Below, piece after piece: positions 18,809-27,946 of a stretch of DNA of 64,000 nt. A program made the position numbers and the translations under genes. The first letter of the stretch is position 1. Each line of letters begins with the position of its first letter. The notes beneath the pieces were generated by a model. It had not been told where the DNA came from. It did no database searches and was given only the letters and a program-made list of their open reading frames with translations. The stretch is from Candidatus Nanoarchaeia archaeon (GTDB taxonomy: Archaea > Nanobdellota > Nanobdellia > Woesearchaeales > GW2011-AR9), in contig DATDXI010000012.1 of the NCBI GenBank assembly GCA_035289385.1, forward strand, positions 9,871 through 73,870. The letters run 5' to 3'.

Positions 18809-19232
18809 ACTCTGTCCTAAATGTGATTAGCATGTTTTATACGAGCATTTCTTTGCTTAAACATTTTCTTGTGGAAGGGGATGCTCCCTACGGGAAAGAG
18901 CCACAGTTTACTGAAAAAATCATAAAAATGCGTGAAACCGTCTCACCTCGCACTAAAGTGCGAGGTTTGAACAGAGACGGTTCAAGAAATAGGACGACGA
19001 TCCTATTTCTGAACAAAAATGAAATCGCAGTTTCATTTTTTGTTTCTAAACTACGCATTTTTAGGATGCAAAGAAATCCGAAAGGATTTCTTGCACAAGA
19101 AATGAACACATTTCTTTGTGCTAAAAAACCAGACCATTCATCCATTGACTAAAGTCAATGGTTTTCTGGTTTTTTTTCATAAGCAAAGCGAGTACATGCT
19201 AATCCGAGTAGAACGAGATTTAGGACAGAGCC
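18809..19232. mobile_element. MITE-like 424-bp hairpin-rich non-coding element with split terminal inverted repeats and 10-bp flanking direct repeats; the alternative reading is a large structured ncRNA
   Basis: Terminal inverted repeats: CTCTGTCCTAAAT (18810-18822) pairs with ATTTAGGACAGAG (19218-19230), GATTAGCATGT (18825-18835) with ACATGCTAATC (19194-19204), and TTTGCTT (18851-18857) with AAGCAAA (19181-19187). The flanking direct repeat GGAACTAAAG occurs at 18799-18808 and 19233-19242. The interior is a chain of at least 8 local hairpins. Confidence 0.4.
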
Positions 19233-19262
19233 GGAACTAAAGTAAATGGACAGAGGACCAAA

Positions 19263-20030
19263 TTACTTTTTTCCAGAAAAATCTCCTTTCAGACGATGCT
19301 TCGCTACTCTCAAGGCAAAGGCAGTATGGCTCTTGATAACTCTCAACAGTTTCATCTTCGACGTGCCAAAGACCCTGACGTTAAGGACAGTGGGATATTC
19401 TTTAACCTGATATCCTTTCATCATCGCAAAAATAAGAAATTCTGCCGTGCTCAAAAAATCATTAGATCTAAACGGAATATTTTTCACAACATCTTTGCGC
19501 TGAGCGCGGAAGAGGGCAGTAAACGTATATATTTTCGATCCCGTCAGCAGACGATCGATAGCGGTAACCGCTTTGCTTAATGCCAAGCGATATTTTGGAA
19601 CATTGTTCACCCCACCCAAAGGATGGTAAGGAGAAGCGGTGACGATGGCCGTTTCTTCATCCATCAGCTTCAGCAGATCAAAGATCCCTTTTGGCTCATA
19701 GGTGCAATCGCTATCCATGGTGACGATGATATCTCCTTGGGCAGCAGCAAATCCTGTACGTAACGCTGCCCCTAAGTTCATGTTCTTCTCATGACGGATG
19801 ATCTGAGCAGGATGCGGAGGAAGATGCTGAGCAGGATGCGGAGCAGAAAACTTTGTTACAAAAATCTCCTGAAGCAGCTGATAGGTATTATCCTTGCTGC
19901 CATCATCAACGAAGATCAACTCCCAATCATAATCTTTACTAAGTTGGTCCAGCACCGGAAACAAGTTGTCGGCAAGATGCCGGAGCCCTTCTTCCTCATT
20001 ATAGCAGGGGATGACGATAGATATCTTCAT
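19263..20030 (-). CDS. GT2 polyprenol/dolichol-phosphate glycosyltransferase (DPM1/ArnC-like)
   Basis: KISIVIPCYNEEEGL, IFVDDGSKDNT, TMDSDCTYEP. The ATG at 20030 lies 26 nt from the TATA box at 20053-20062. The gene contains an in-frame 24-bp tandem duplication (19803-19843, APHPAQHL/PPHPAQII). Confidence 0.8.
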   Translation of the reverse strand: MKISIVIPCYNEEEGLRHLADNLFPVLDQLSKDYDWELIFVDDGSKDNTYQLLQEIFVTKFSAPHPAQHLPPHPAQIIRHEKNMNLGAALRTGFAAAQGDIIVTMDSDCTYEPKGIFDLLKLMDEETAIVTASPYHPLGGVNNVPKYRLALSKAVTAIDRLLTGSKIYTFTALFRAQRKDVVKNIPFRSNDFLSTAEFLIFAMMKGYQVKEYPTVLNVRVFGTSKMKLLRVIKSHTAFALRVAKHRLKGDFSGKK

Positions 20031-20052
20031 CCTCAGCAATCACCGCTGCGGA

Positions 20053-20062
20053 TTTATAAATA
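20053..20062 (-). promoter_or_regulatory. TATA box for the leaderless GT2 transcript
   Basis: TTTATAAATA, with the centre 26.5 nt upstream of the ATG at 20030. Confidence 0.45.
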
Positions 20063-20096
20063 TTTGGGGATAGAGATACATTTACCTTCATAACAC

Positions 20097-20104
20097 TTAT
20101 AAAT
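20097..20104 (+). promoter_or_regulatory. TATA box for the leaderless hypothetical gene at 20126
   Basis: TTATAAAT, with the centre 26 nt upstream of the ATG at 20126. Confidence 0.45.
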
Positions 20105-20125
20105 CACTTTAGCCAACACAGAGGG

Positions 20126-20731
20126 ATGATAGAAGAACTCCTTTCTGGCGTAGAAGTTATTCAAAAAGTGAACTTAGGATTACAAGCTAACGGTCAACTG
20201 ATAAAAGCCTTTGATATTGCCCCTCCAGTTAAATTTTTGGTTGCTCCTGATCCATTACCTGGAAGAAGTGATCACTCTCTGAAGTATGCACAGACAGGTC
20301 TATTCCACTTTGGAAATACAACCTATTTTCTGGCAGTGGGCAATGCGCCAAACGCTGGTCAACATGAGCAGAGTGATTTTCTTTCTCTACAAATGGAATG
20401 GTATCATAGAACCCCTGATTCAATGACTGAACGAGAAGTTGTAGAGATATTCCGAGAGTATGCAGAGATATCAAAAAGAAATCTCACAGGGAGATCCTCA
20501 CTGATAGGTGCAACAAGCACGGGCCATCTTACTTTTTCTTCAGAAACTGCTAGACAGGCATTTCTTAGAGTATTTCCGAACGACACATTTATTTCTTTTT
20601 CAGCACCACAGCAAGAAAGAGGAGAAGACACTATCATGCGCTATCATCATTCTATTGTAGACCACATAGTACAAAAACTCCCTATCTTCTTAGAAGGAGT
20701 ACCCTCGAGATTCTACGCAAGAAAATCATAA
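20126..20731 (+). CDS. Hypothetical protein (201 aa, soluble, no family recognised)
   Basis: A clean ORF with a canonical TATA-to-ATG spacing. It is the only plus-strand gene inside the minus-strand block. Confidence 0.5.
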   Translation: MIEELLSGVEVIQKVNLGLQANGQLIKAFDIAPPVKFLVAPDPLPGRSDHSLKYAQTGLFHFGNTTYFLAVGNAPNAGQHEQSDFLSLQMEWYHRTPDSMTEREVVEIFREYAEISKRNLTGRSSLIGATSTGHLTFSSETARQAFLRVFPNDTFISFSAPQQERGEDTIMRYHHSIVDHIVQKLPIFLEGVPSRFYARKS

Positions 20732-20748
20732 AAAGAAGGCAAGCCTAC

Positions 20749-21075
20749 TCACAAATGCATAACCACAATTCCCAGCAAGATCAGGCTTATCCCGATGATC
20801 TTATACTTATTAATCTGTTCTTTCAGGACGGTCTTCGCTAAAATAATCGCCCAAATATAGCTTATGGAAGCTGTGAGATAGATGAACGTCAATGAGGCCT
20901 GCTGTAAGGCATAGATGTAGAAGACAAAAGAAACCCCAGCAAGGATAAACGCCCCCATCAGCTTATAGTTCTGAAGATTGATCTTCAACCCAGCACCAAG
21001 CTTAAACAGAAGTGTGCTGAATGCGCCAAAAATAGAGGAGATCAGGATGAACATCAAGGCCAAGGCAACATTCAT
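20749..21075 (-). CDS. 4-TM EamA/SMR-like half transporter (ArnE/ArnF-like lipid-linked sugar flippase subunit)
   Basis: The protein is 108 aa with four hydrophobic helices. It overlaps its paralog by 4 nt. Confidence 0.55.
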   Translation of the reverse strand: MNVALALMFILISSIFGAFSTLLFKLGAGLKINLQNYKLMGAFILAGVSFVFYIYALQQASLTFIYLTASISYIWAIILAKTVLKEQINKYKIIGISLILLGIVVMHL

Positions 21076-21425
21076 TGTTTACCACCCCGACCAATAAAGA
21101 TGACCCCACCGATGATGAGCAAGATACCTACCCATTTTTGAAGAAGAATTTCCTCTTGAAGAAAATATACGGAAAGAAGAGTAACGATGACATAGCTGGA
21201 AGCCATCACAGGATAGACGACAGACATCTCTCCTAAACGGAAAGCAAAGATAAACACGATAGAGCCGAGGGCATATAGCCCTAACCCCAGCAGGAGAGGG
21301 TAGTTATAAATTTGGTTCCAGTGCAAGGCAAAATTATCGCTGCCAAACTTCAGCAAGATCTGTGCCACCGAAACAATGATAGTACAGACCAAAGCTAGAA
21401 TGATGGCTTTTGTATTATTTTCCAT
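21072..21425 (-). CDS. 4-TM EamA/SMR-like half transporter (ArnE/ArnF-like flippase subunit)
   Basis: The protein is 117 aa with four helices and is paired with the gene at 20749-21075. Confidence 0.55.
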   Translation of the reverse strand: MENNTKAIILALVCTIIVSVAQILLKFGSDNFALHWNQIYNYPLLLGLGLYALGSIVFIFAFRLGEMSVVYPVMASSYVIVTLLSVYFLQEEILLQKWVGILLIIGGVIFIGRGGKQ

Positions 21426-21440
21426 GATTGATCATTGAGT

Positions 21441-22466
21441 TTATTTCTCAGCGTTCTTTTCAGAGATTGCTTGTTGATAAGAGTTAATAAATGTATGTAA
21501 TTTTCTCTTGGAAAAAGAGGGATTATTAGGGATAAAGATAATCTTCTCTGAAAGTCTCGATCCCAGCCACGGCGGTAAGAACAGAAAATTCTTAGCAAGG
21601 GCGCGATCCCGCTGGTCTTTACTTTCAAACCAGAGAGACAGATAATTATGGCTAGATAAAGCCCCCTTCGCCAGCCGTTGTGTCGGCACGTGATCTTTTA
21701 ATAAAAGATAATTCCTTCTCCTTTTCAAGATGGCTTTATGAATATGTTGCACCTGTCGTAAGGCCAGATATGCTTCCAACGGACTACAACGAAAATTTTT
21801 ATCAAGACTGTTCACCATCTTCAGATCAGTATTTCTTCTGGCGATGTCAATCAGGATCTTGGAAAAGAAAAAAGCTTTAGTTTCATATAATGAAGCCATC
21901 AGCCTTTTCATATAGCCCATAAATGGAGCTGGTTGATCAAGAGCATCCCGCAACTCACAGATCTTCAGCACGTCATGATTTGTTATCAGCGCCCCTCCAC
22001 CAACATTAACAAGCTGCTTGGTGAAACTATAGATAGTATAATCCCCAAAACTGCCAGCTAATTGACCCTCTTCCGATGCACCTAAAGCATGAGCAATATC
22101 TTCAATTAAGATAATGTTATTCTTCTTACAAAGGTTGGTGATTTCTCTGATTCCACTAGGATTCCCATACGTATGGACAAACACCAGAGCCTTTGTCTTC
22201 TTCGTTATATTTTTCTTGACTTCTGTAATATCAACATTAAATGTCCTATCGTCAACCTCCACTAGAATAGGTTTTCCTCCAGCTTTCTCGATAGCTTGTG
22301 GCAAACTATCACAGATAAACGATTGAATGATCACCTCATCATCCTTCTGCAGCGAAAGACTTAGCAGTAAAGTATACAACGCATTCCGGCAGGAGCTGAA
22401 TAGAACAGTATTCTTCAAGCCCAGGAATGATGATAATTCCCTCTCCAGTTGTTGTCGTATGTTCAT
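21441..22466 (-). CDS. DegT-family PLP aminotransferase (ArnB-like, short form)
   Basis: FSSCRNALYTLLLSL...DDEVIIQSFICDSLPQAIEKAGGKPILVEVDDRTFNVD and FSFTKQL (PLP Lys region). Confidence 0.7.
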   Translation of the reverse strand: MNIRQQLERELSSFLGLKNTVLFSSCRNALYTLLLSLSLQKDDEVIIQSFICDSLPQAIEKAGGKPILVEVDDRTFNVDITEVKKNITKKTKALVFVHTYGNPSGIREITNLCKKNNIILIEDIAHALGASEEGQLAGSFGDYTIYSFTKQLVNVGGGALITNHDVLKICELRDALDQPAPFMGYMKRLMASLYETKAFFFSKILIDIARRNTDLKMVNSLDKNFRCSPLEAYLALRQVQHIHKAILKRRRNYLLLKDHVPTQRLAKGALSSHNYLSLWFESKDQRDRALAKNFLFLPPWLGSRLSEKIIFIPNNPSFSKRKLHTFINSYQQAISEKNAEK

Positions 22467-22643
22467 AGTTCTTTCACTTTCAGATGTAATAACTTTTCAA
22501 CCTTATCTTTTTCATTATATAGTTATCGTCATGATTTATTTATTTATTGTCATTATTTATTTTGTCATTACTTATATCCATTATTCATTTATTCTCTTCA
22601 TTATTGAATCCCCACTATTATTGAGGAACAGTCAGATGAATAG

Positions 22644-23693
22644 TCAGACAAATTGCCGCATGACAAAGGGGCTTATCTTTTTAATCAGCCATATCGGCAA
22701 CATCCGCCAGACCATTCCGTAAAGGCGATACAAGCCGAATGATCTTTTGAGTTCAGGGATATTTTTCTTTTCCCTGGCATAAAAATAATAAGGGATCTCT
22801 CTCTTCTCCTTGCACCAGCGCTCCTTAAAAGCATAGAGATAACCATCATTTAGCTCTTTCGTCGTTCCTCCAAAATCAAGAGTACTGTAGCCATTCTTTA
22901 TTCCATATCGAATCACTTCCCATAACAGAAGGTAATACGGGCAGAGCGACGTGTATCTATAATCCGCTCCCGCAAAGCCATATTCTATCTCTAGACGATG
23001 GGTAAAGAAAAATGCAGCAGCTATCGGCTTCTGCTCAAGATAGGTGACGCCGACGAAAGCTGCGCATGTCTCCAGAGCATCGACAAATAATTGATACGGC
23101 CAAGCAGGAACACCGCGTTTCTTTTTAGTATACAGATATACTTTATAAAAATCAGCAACCATCTCTTTGCTTTTTCCTAGTTTGACAGAAAGACCGTTTT
23201 TTCTGGCCTTGTTGATATCATATCTCACCCGTTTATCCAAAGAGTGGAATGTTTCTTCTTCCGTCTTCTTAAAATGAAAAATGAAATCGGTGATGGGAGA
23301 TTGCTTTACAAAATCATCAGCGATTCCTGCAGGCAATTCCTCTCGCTGGCGGATCTCCAAGAATCTGCCTCCAGCTGACAGTTCTTGCGCTTTAGTTAGT
23401 AATTGCCGCTGGCACTCACTATTTTCGCCTATTACACCGCCAAAAGGAAAAAAAGGGATAGAAACAAAACGGCGTCCCTCGATGATACTATTAGCTTCAA
23501 AAAGAGGAAGAGCGCCAACGATCTTTTCTCCTTTTTTAGCTAAAATATAGAATGGCTTAAATTTGAAATGAGAGGCAATAAGGTCCTTCACTTCTAAGCT
23601 ATGCTCGTAAAGCGCAGCAGGATGCTCGGTGATGAATCTCTTGTACTCAGCAATATCCTGCTCTGTTAACAATGAAATGGTATAATTTGTCAT
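22644..23693 (-). CDS. FemABX-family (aminoacyl-tRNA-dependent peptidyltransferase-like, GNAT-fold) protein 1
   Basis: FKPFYILAKKGEKIVGALPLFE...RRFVSIPFFPFGGV; the C-terminal half has YGFAGADYRYTSLCPYYLLLWEVIRYGIKNGYSTLDFGGT, as in FemX/FemA. Confidence 0.6.
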   Translation of the reverse strand: MTNYTISLLTEQDIAEYKRFITEHPAALYEHSLEVKDLIASHFKFKPFYILAKKGEKIVGALPLFEANSIIEGRRFVSIPFFPFGGVIGENSECQRQLLTKAQELSAGGRFLEIRQREELPAGIADDFVKQSPITDFIFHFKKTEEETFHSLDKRVRYDINKARKNGLSVKLGKSKEMVADFYKVYLYTKKKRGVPAWPYQLFVDALETCAAFVGVTYLEQKPIAAAFFFTHRLEIEYGFAGADYRYTSLCPYYLLLWEVIRYGIKNGYSTLDFGGTTKELNDGYLYAFKERWCKEKREIPYYFYAREKKNIPELKRSFGLYRLYGMVWRMLPIWLIKKISPFVMRQFV

Positions 23694-23744
23694 GATCAGT
23701 TCTCTTCAACTATCTCCACCTATTTATCTCAGCAGCTAATGCCA

Positions 23745-24899
23745 TCAGACAAACTGCCTGATCACTATCGGACTTAATAATTTTATCAAACTGACTGGCA
23801 ATTTTGCCCAAACAGAACTAGCTATCTTTAGCAATAAGCTCTGGTCGTGCACAGGAATCTTCTGGCCTTTATTCAGGGAGTAATAATACGGCACTTCTTC
23901 AACGGTATCTGCCCACTTCTTCTTAAATTCGTAAAGACCACCATCATTAGTCTGAAGGGTAGCCCCGCCAAAATTGAAAAGGGTATAGCCTTTCTCACAC
24001 GCATCAGTGATTGCCTGCCAAAGAGCCAGATGATACGGCTGAAGCGCCATGATCTCTGGCTGATGCGCTGCTCCGGCAAAAGCGTACCGCACTTCTTTGT
24101 GGTGATATATCAGAAAGATGGATGCGACAGCTTTACCTTGAAAAAAGGAGGTATATATCCTTACATCATCACCAAAGGAATGAAGGATGTCCTTAAAATA
24201 ATCATAAGGATAGGCAGGAACTCCCCTTATTTTTCTCGTCTGAAGAAAAAGATGATAAAAGGTATCAAGATCGCTGGGGGTATTCCCGCTATGAACTACC
24301 ATTCCTGACTTTCTCGCCTTTGTAATGCCCCAGCGAACACTGCCTTTCGGCAATTTCTTCCAGACCTCTTGATGGTCTGCAGACAAATGCAAAGAAAAAT
24401 TGAAGACATGATTCACCGAAGGGATATCAGGAGAATAAACACTTGGTCCGTAACTATCTGGTTTTTCCCGGATCTCCATAAAATCAACCTGATGTTCCTG
24501 AGCAAGCCGCTTTGCAAACGTGAGAAGCTCCTTCGCCGTCTCTTCATCATTTGCAAGAATTCCGGTGAAAATAGCATAAGGGGTAGAGACAAATCTCTTC
24601 CCAAAGATGCTGACAGCTTTAAACAAGGGCAGGACACCGATAATCTTTCCATCGTCATCCTTGCCGAGAAGGTAATAGGGAGTAAAGTGAAAATTCTTCT
24701 GGATGATCTCTTTCCATTCTAAAGTATATTCAAACGTTACTCTCCCGTCCAAAATCATTTCTCCAAGAAATTGTTGGTATGCATCTTTATCTTTCTCCTC
24801 AAACAAACAAATGATACCTTTTTTTTGTTCATTTTGTTCATCTTCTCCTTTCTCCAAAGGATATTTTTGAGCGACAGTAGTTTGAGTTACCGTAGTCAT
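23745..24899 (-). CDS. FemABX-family protein 2 (tandem paralog)
   Basis: Collinear with 22644-23693: FTPYYLLGKDDDGKIIGVLPLFK...KRFVSTPYAIFTG ... YAFAGAAHQPEIMALQPYHLALWQAITDACEKGYTLFNFGGAT. Confidence 0.6.
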   Translation of the reverse strand: MTTVTQTTVAQKYPLEKGEDEQNEQKKGIICLFEEKDKDAYQQFLGEMILDGRVTFEYTLEWKEIIQKNFHFTPYYLLGKDDDGKIIGVLPLFKAVSIFGKRFVSTPYAIFTGILANDEETAKELLTFAKRLAQEHQVDFMEIREKPDSYGPSVYSPDIPSVNHVFNFSLHLSADHQEVWKKLPKGSVRWGITKARKSGMVVHSGNTPSDLDTFYHLFLQTRKIRGVPAYPYDYFKDILHSFGDDVRIYTSFFQGKAVASIFLIYHHKEVRYAFAGAAHQPEIMALQPYHLALWQAITDACEKGYTLFNFGGATLQTNDGGLYEFKKKWADTVEEVPYYYSLNKGQKIPVHDQSLLLKIASSVWAKLPVSLIKLLSPIVIRQFV

Positions 24900-24911
24900 G
24901 AATGCTTTGCC

Positions 24912-26030
24912 TCAATATTTTTTTTCTCCAATATTTCCTGGAGAACATTTTCCAAGTCTGTCATCATTCGATAAAGCGAATTTTCTTCTCACCAGCTCTT
25001 CCGTGGTAATAACAGTATGACGGCTGGCAATATCTTTAATCACACGCTCAAAGAGTGCTTCACGTTTCTTTAAGGATATGCCTACATGAGGTGCAACAGT
25101 ATTTCCTATAATTGTATTGCCCATAACAGTATTGCCCGTACTAGTATTATCCATACCATCAGTATTATCTACACTATTATTTCTCCTGCCTCTCTGTGGG
25201 AAAGGATCATCCGCTAGGTCAACAGCATGAAATTCATAATTGAGGGGGATTTTTGCCATGGAGACCATCTGCCGGCCAATCCAAAAGTATGGAAAACCTA
25301 GCTTATTGATAAACGTGGCATGAAATGGCAGACGAAAAAAAGGGAGCGTTGTGCAAGGCACTTCCAGAACTCCTCTCTCGGCATTCCCCTGAATATCTCT
25401 ATCTCTGCTTCCATGCGCCTTCCTCCACTCCACATCCCTGCTCGGCCAATAAGGGGCATTGGGAGCAAAACACCAGCTCCATTTTGGCCCATGGCTGCGT
25501 TTCACACCTCCAGACATAAACCTATTCAGCCCCATCAGCAAAGGATAAGCAAACGTCGGAATGACAGAGGAATCATACAAATAACCGCGTGACGATAAGA
25601 GCTGCAATGTTTCTATATCAATATCATAGCCTGGCACTTTAAATCCTAGTGGCTTCTTTCCGATGACTTCCTCGATGAGCTCTTCACTTCGCTGGATTTC
25701 TAGGATCTTCTCCGACAAAATAAGCTTTCTGAATCCAAAAATATGAGAATAAGTATGATTGGCAACTTCATGCCCGGCTCGATTTATTTTTTTAACTAAG
25801 GCCCGCTTCTGTGGGATTTCTAAGTCCTTTCCGATAACAAAAAACGTTGCCTTTACGCCATACTTTTCAAAAAGGTCAAGATAACGAGGGATAGAAGTAA
25901 TAAAGATATCATCGGGATATTCAGGAACAGTATTCCCATAATAAGAAGAATTGACCCAATGGCCGTCTAAATCTACTTGGATTGTACTTAATTTTTTTTG
26001 TGGTAGCTGTTGCAGCATCTGTTCTGCCAT
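24912..26030 (-). CDS. Polysaccharide deacetylase (NodB homology / CE4, ArnD-like)
   Basis: VKATFFVIGKDLE, AGHEVANHTYSH. It carries an internal low-complexity insert (NTDGMDNTSTGNTVMGNTIIGNTV) encoded by short DNA repeats at about 25090-25170. Confidence 0.75.
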   Translation of the reverse strand: MAEQMLQQLPQKKLSTIQVDLDGHWVNSSYYGNTVPEYPDDIFITSIPRYLDLFEKYGVKATFFVIGKDLEIPQKRALVKKINRAGHEVANHTYSHIFGFRKLILSEKILEIQRSEELIEEVIGKKPLGFKVPGYDIDIETLQLLSSRGYLYDSSVIPTFAYPLLMGLNRFMSGGVKRSHGPKWSWCFAPNAPYWPSRDVEWRKAHGSRDRDIQGNAERGVLEVPCTTLPFFRLPFHATFINKLGFPYFWIGRQMVSMAKIPLNYEFHAVDLADDPFPQRGRRNNSVDNTDGMDNTSTGNTVMGNTIIGNTVAPHVGISLKKREALFERVIKDIASRHTVITTEELVRRKFALSNDDRLGKCSPGNIGEKKY

Positions 26031-26128
26031 GCTTCATATCAGAAATGACCCCTAATTAAAGGTTATGATATAGTGTAATACTTCAGCTTTGCGAAGGAGA
26101 ACACGTCTCAAAATAGCATCCTAAAGCC

Positions 26129-27943
26129 TTATCCTGCAACTCTATCCTTCTTAAACAAGAAGATGACCGGCATCTTCTGCATACCCTTCTCCGTTGGGAC
26201 TTCCCTTTCCACAACATGAACTATCTGAAATCCTTGGCTTAAAAAGTAATCGATACTCTGCTGGCTGACGGGCCAATACCATTTTGGCTGAGTGTATTCC
26301 CAAACATCGATCTCCAGGAAGATGTCATGATCCTTCACTAACATAGCCAGATCTTCTTCAAAATTCTGCTTTGCATCATCAGGGTGAAATTCCTCCAGAT
26401 AACGATCGCCGCGCAGCCACCATAATGGTCCACCGACGATCGGGCTGTCTTCATGCCCTTCGTTATAATATTCCCTGCCGACAAAAGCACGGATAGACCT
26501 CGGAGAACCGGCAAAAATGATGGCATCATCCGGCGCATTTTCCTTAAGCCATTGTCCAGCTTCCTGATAGCCAAGAAAAGTAAAGGACTTGCCATATGCT
26601 AAGCTGTCAGCTACGACAAACGACTGTTGGGCGATGAAAAATACTGCTCCAAGCACGAGCAGGAATTTAAGCGGAGATGCAAATTTCTTGGTAGTAAACC
26701 CTGCAGCAAAAGAGGCTAGCTCTGTTAAGGTAAAAACTGCTAAGATGATGGCTAAAGGCAAGAGAGGAAGCATATATCTATCTTGAGTGTTATCGACGTT
26801 TACTTCAAAGAACAGCCAGTAGCATACCCCTAACACTAATGGTCCATAAAAAATTCTTTGCCGATAGATGATGACCAGAGCGATCCCCATGAGTACAAAT
26901 GGGATCAGATACCAAGAAAAGATCCATTTGAGCATCCCTGCCGCTTCAAGACCAAAAGGCATTCCCCGCAGCTGAAGAAAGAGGCCAAAGACACGCCCAA
27001 GAAGTTTTGTATGCAGGAAAACAGCAGCGACTATCGAAGCGACAATAGCTGCTCCCCAGGGAATGACCCATGAAGCAATATATGGCTTTGAAAGAAACAT
27101 CTCTTTCCTTTTGAAGAGTAAATAATAGACAAGAATAGCTAAGATAAAGAGAACTGACTGGACCTTATGGAGCAAGGTGATCAGGAAAGATAAGCCTAAT
27201 ATGATCCCCCACTTCATATTCTGCTCCTTTTCCAGCTTCACTAATGAATACATCAGAAAAATGACGCTGACGAGCAATGGAGCATCCCCCAGCGGGCGGA
27301 TCGTGTAAAAATAATAGATATGGTTTACAGAAAGCAAGATAGCCGCCATCAATCCCGTAAACTTATCACGAAGCTCCTTGCCCAGCAGATAGATGAGGAT
27401 AACTCCTAACACGCAGTAAGTAAGGATCATCAGCTCTGAAGCGGTAGATATGTTGCCAGTGATGATAGAATAAAATGCAGTTATTGTTTGAGGGATAGCA
27501 TAATCTTCTAAATAATACGTCGGCCAGAGCAGGGTGGAAAGAGGATGCATGATTAATTTCTGCGCATACCACAGATGGACTGCTGCATCGTTCCAGATGC
27601 TTTCCATGGGCAGATACTTCAGCCTGATCAAGACGGTCCCTATAACAACAAAGAACAGCAGGATAGCATACAAACCTATCTTTCGTTCCTTGCCTTGGAA
27701 ATAAACTCTTGCTTTTTGAAAGAGATCGAAAGCATTTTTTTTCTGCTCGGAAAAAGGTTCATGATGAGGGGATACTTGTTCATGATGTTGGACTAGCGGT
27801 TCCTGATGGGAAGACGCATGATGATGAGACCTATGGCTAGGATGCCCCTCCTCTGTATTGATATGTTCATTGACCATCGTTTTATGAGACCGTTTTATGA
27901 GATAGTTTAACAAAAAATACGCTAGGCGGAGATAAAATCTCAA
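26129..27943 (-). CDS. GT-C fold glycosyltransferase (ArnT/PMT-like), second copy
   Basis: The protein is 604 aa with a His-rich N-terminal tail, more than 10 TM helices and a soluble C-terminal domain. An alternative start is at 27877 (MVNEH), which is preceded by the 12-bp tandem duplication CGTTTTATGAGA x2 at 27879-27902. Confidence 0.6.
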   Translation of the reverse strand: MRFYLRLAYFLLNYLIKRSHKTMVNEHINTEEGHPSHRSHHHASSHQEPLVQHHEQVSPHHEPFSEQKKNAFDLFQKARVYFQGKERKIGLYAILLFFVVIGTVLIRLKYLPMESIWNDAAVHLWYAQKLIMHPLSTLLWPTYYLEDYAIPQTITAFYSIITGNISTASELMILTYCVLGVILIYLLGKELRDKFTGLMAAILLSVNHIYYFYTIRPLGDAPLLVSVIFLMYSLVKLEKEQNMKWGIILGLSFLITLLHKVQSVLFILAILVYYLLFKRKEMFLSKPYIASWVIPWGAAIVASIVAAVFLHTKLLGRVFGLFLQLRGMPFGLEAAGMLKWIFSWYLIPFVLMGIALVIIYRQRIFYGPLVLGVCYWLFFEVNVDNTQDRYMLPLLPLAIILAVFTLTELASFAAGFTTKKFASPLKFLLVLGAVFFIAQQSFVVADSLAYGKSFTFLGYQEAGQWLKENAPDDAIIFAGSPRSIRAFVGREYYNEGHEDSPIVGGPLWWLRGDRYLEEFHPDDAKQNFEEDLAMLVKDHDIFLEIDVWEYTQPKWYWPVSQQSIDYFLSQGFQIVHVVEREVPTEKGMQKMPVIFLFKKDRVAG

Positions 27944-27946
27944 ACC

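Noticed and set aside
18890-18985. RNase P RNA-like strings (GGGAAAGAGCCACAG and ACAGAGACGGTTCAAG resemble the CR-I and CR-V/P4 strands)
   Set aside because: The two would-be P4 strands are only about 80 nt apart. The 3' one is fully engaged in a perfect local 9-bp helix, their mutual complementarity is only 5 bp, and no CR-II/III-like elements are present.
18823-19152. A 109-aa plus-strand ORF and an 85-aa minus-strand ORF inside the 500-bp gap
   Set aside because: The plus-strand ORF has a GTG start and both strands are open. The reading frames run straight through a series of perfect hairpins, and neither ORF has a TATA or SD context or any recognisable motif. The region is better explained as non-coding.
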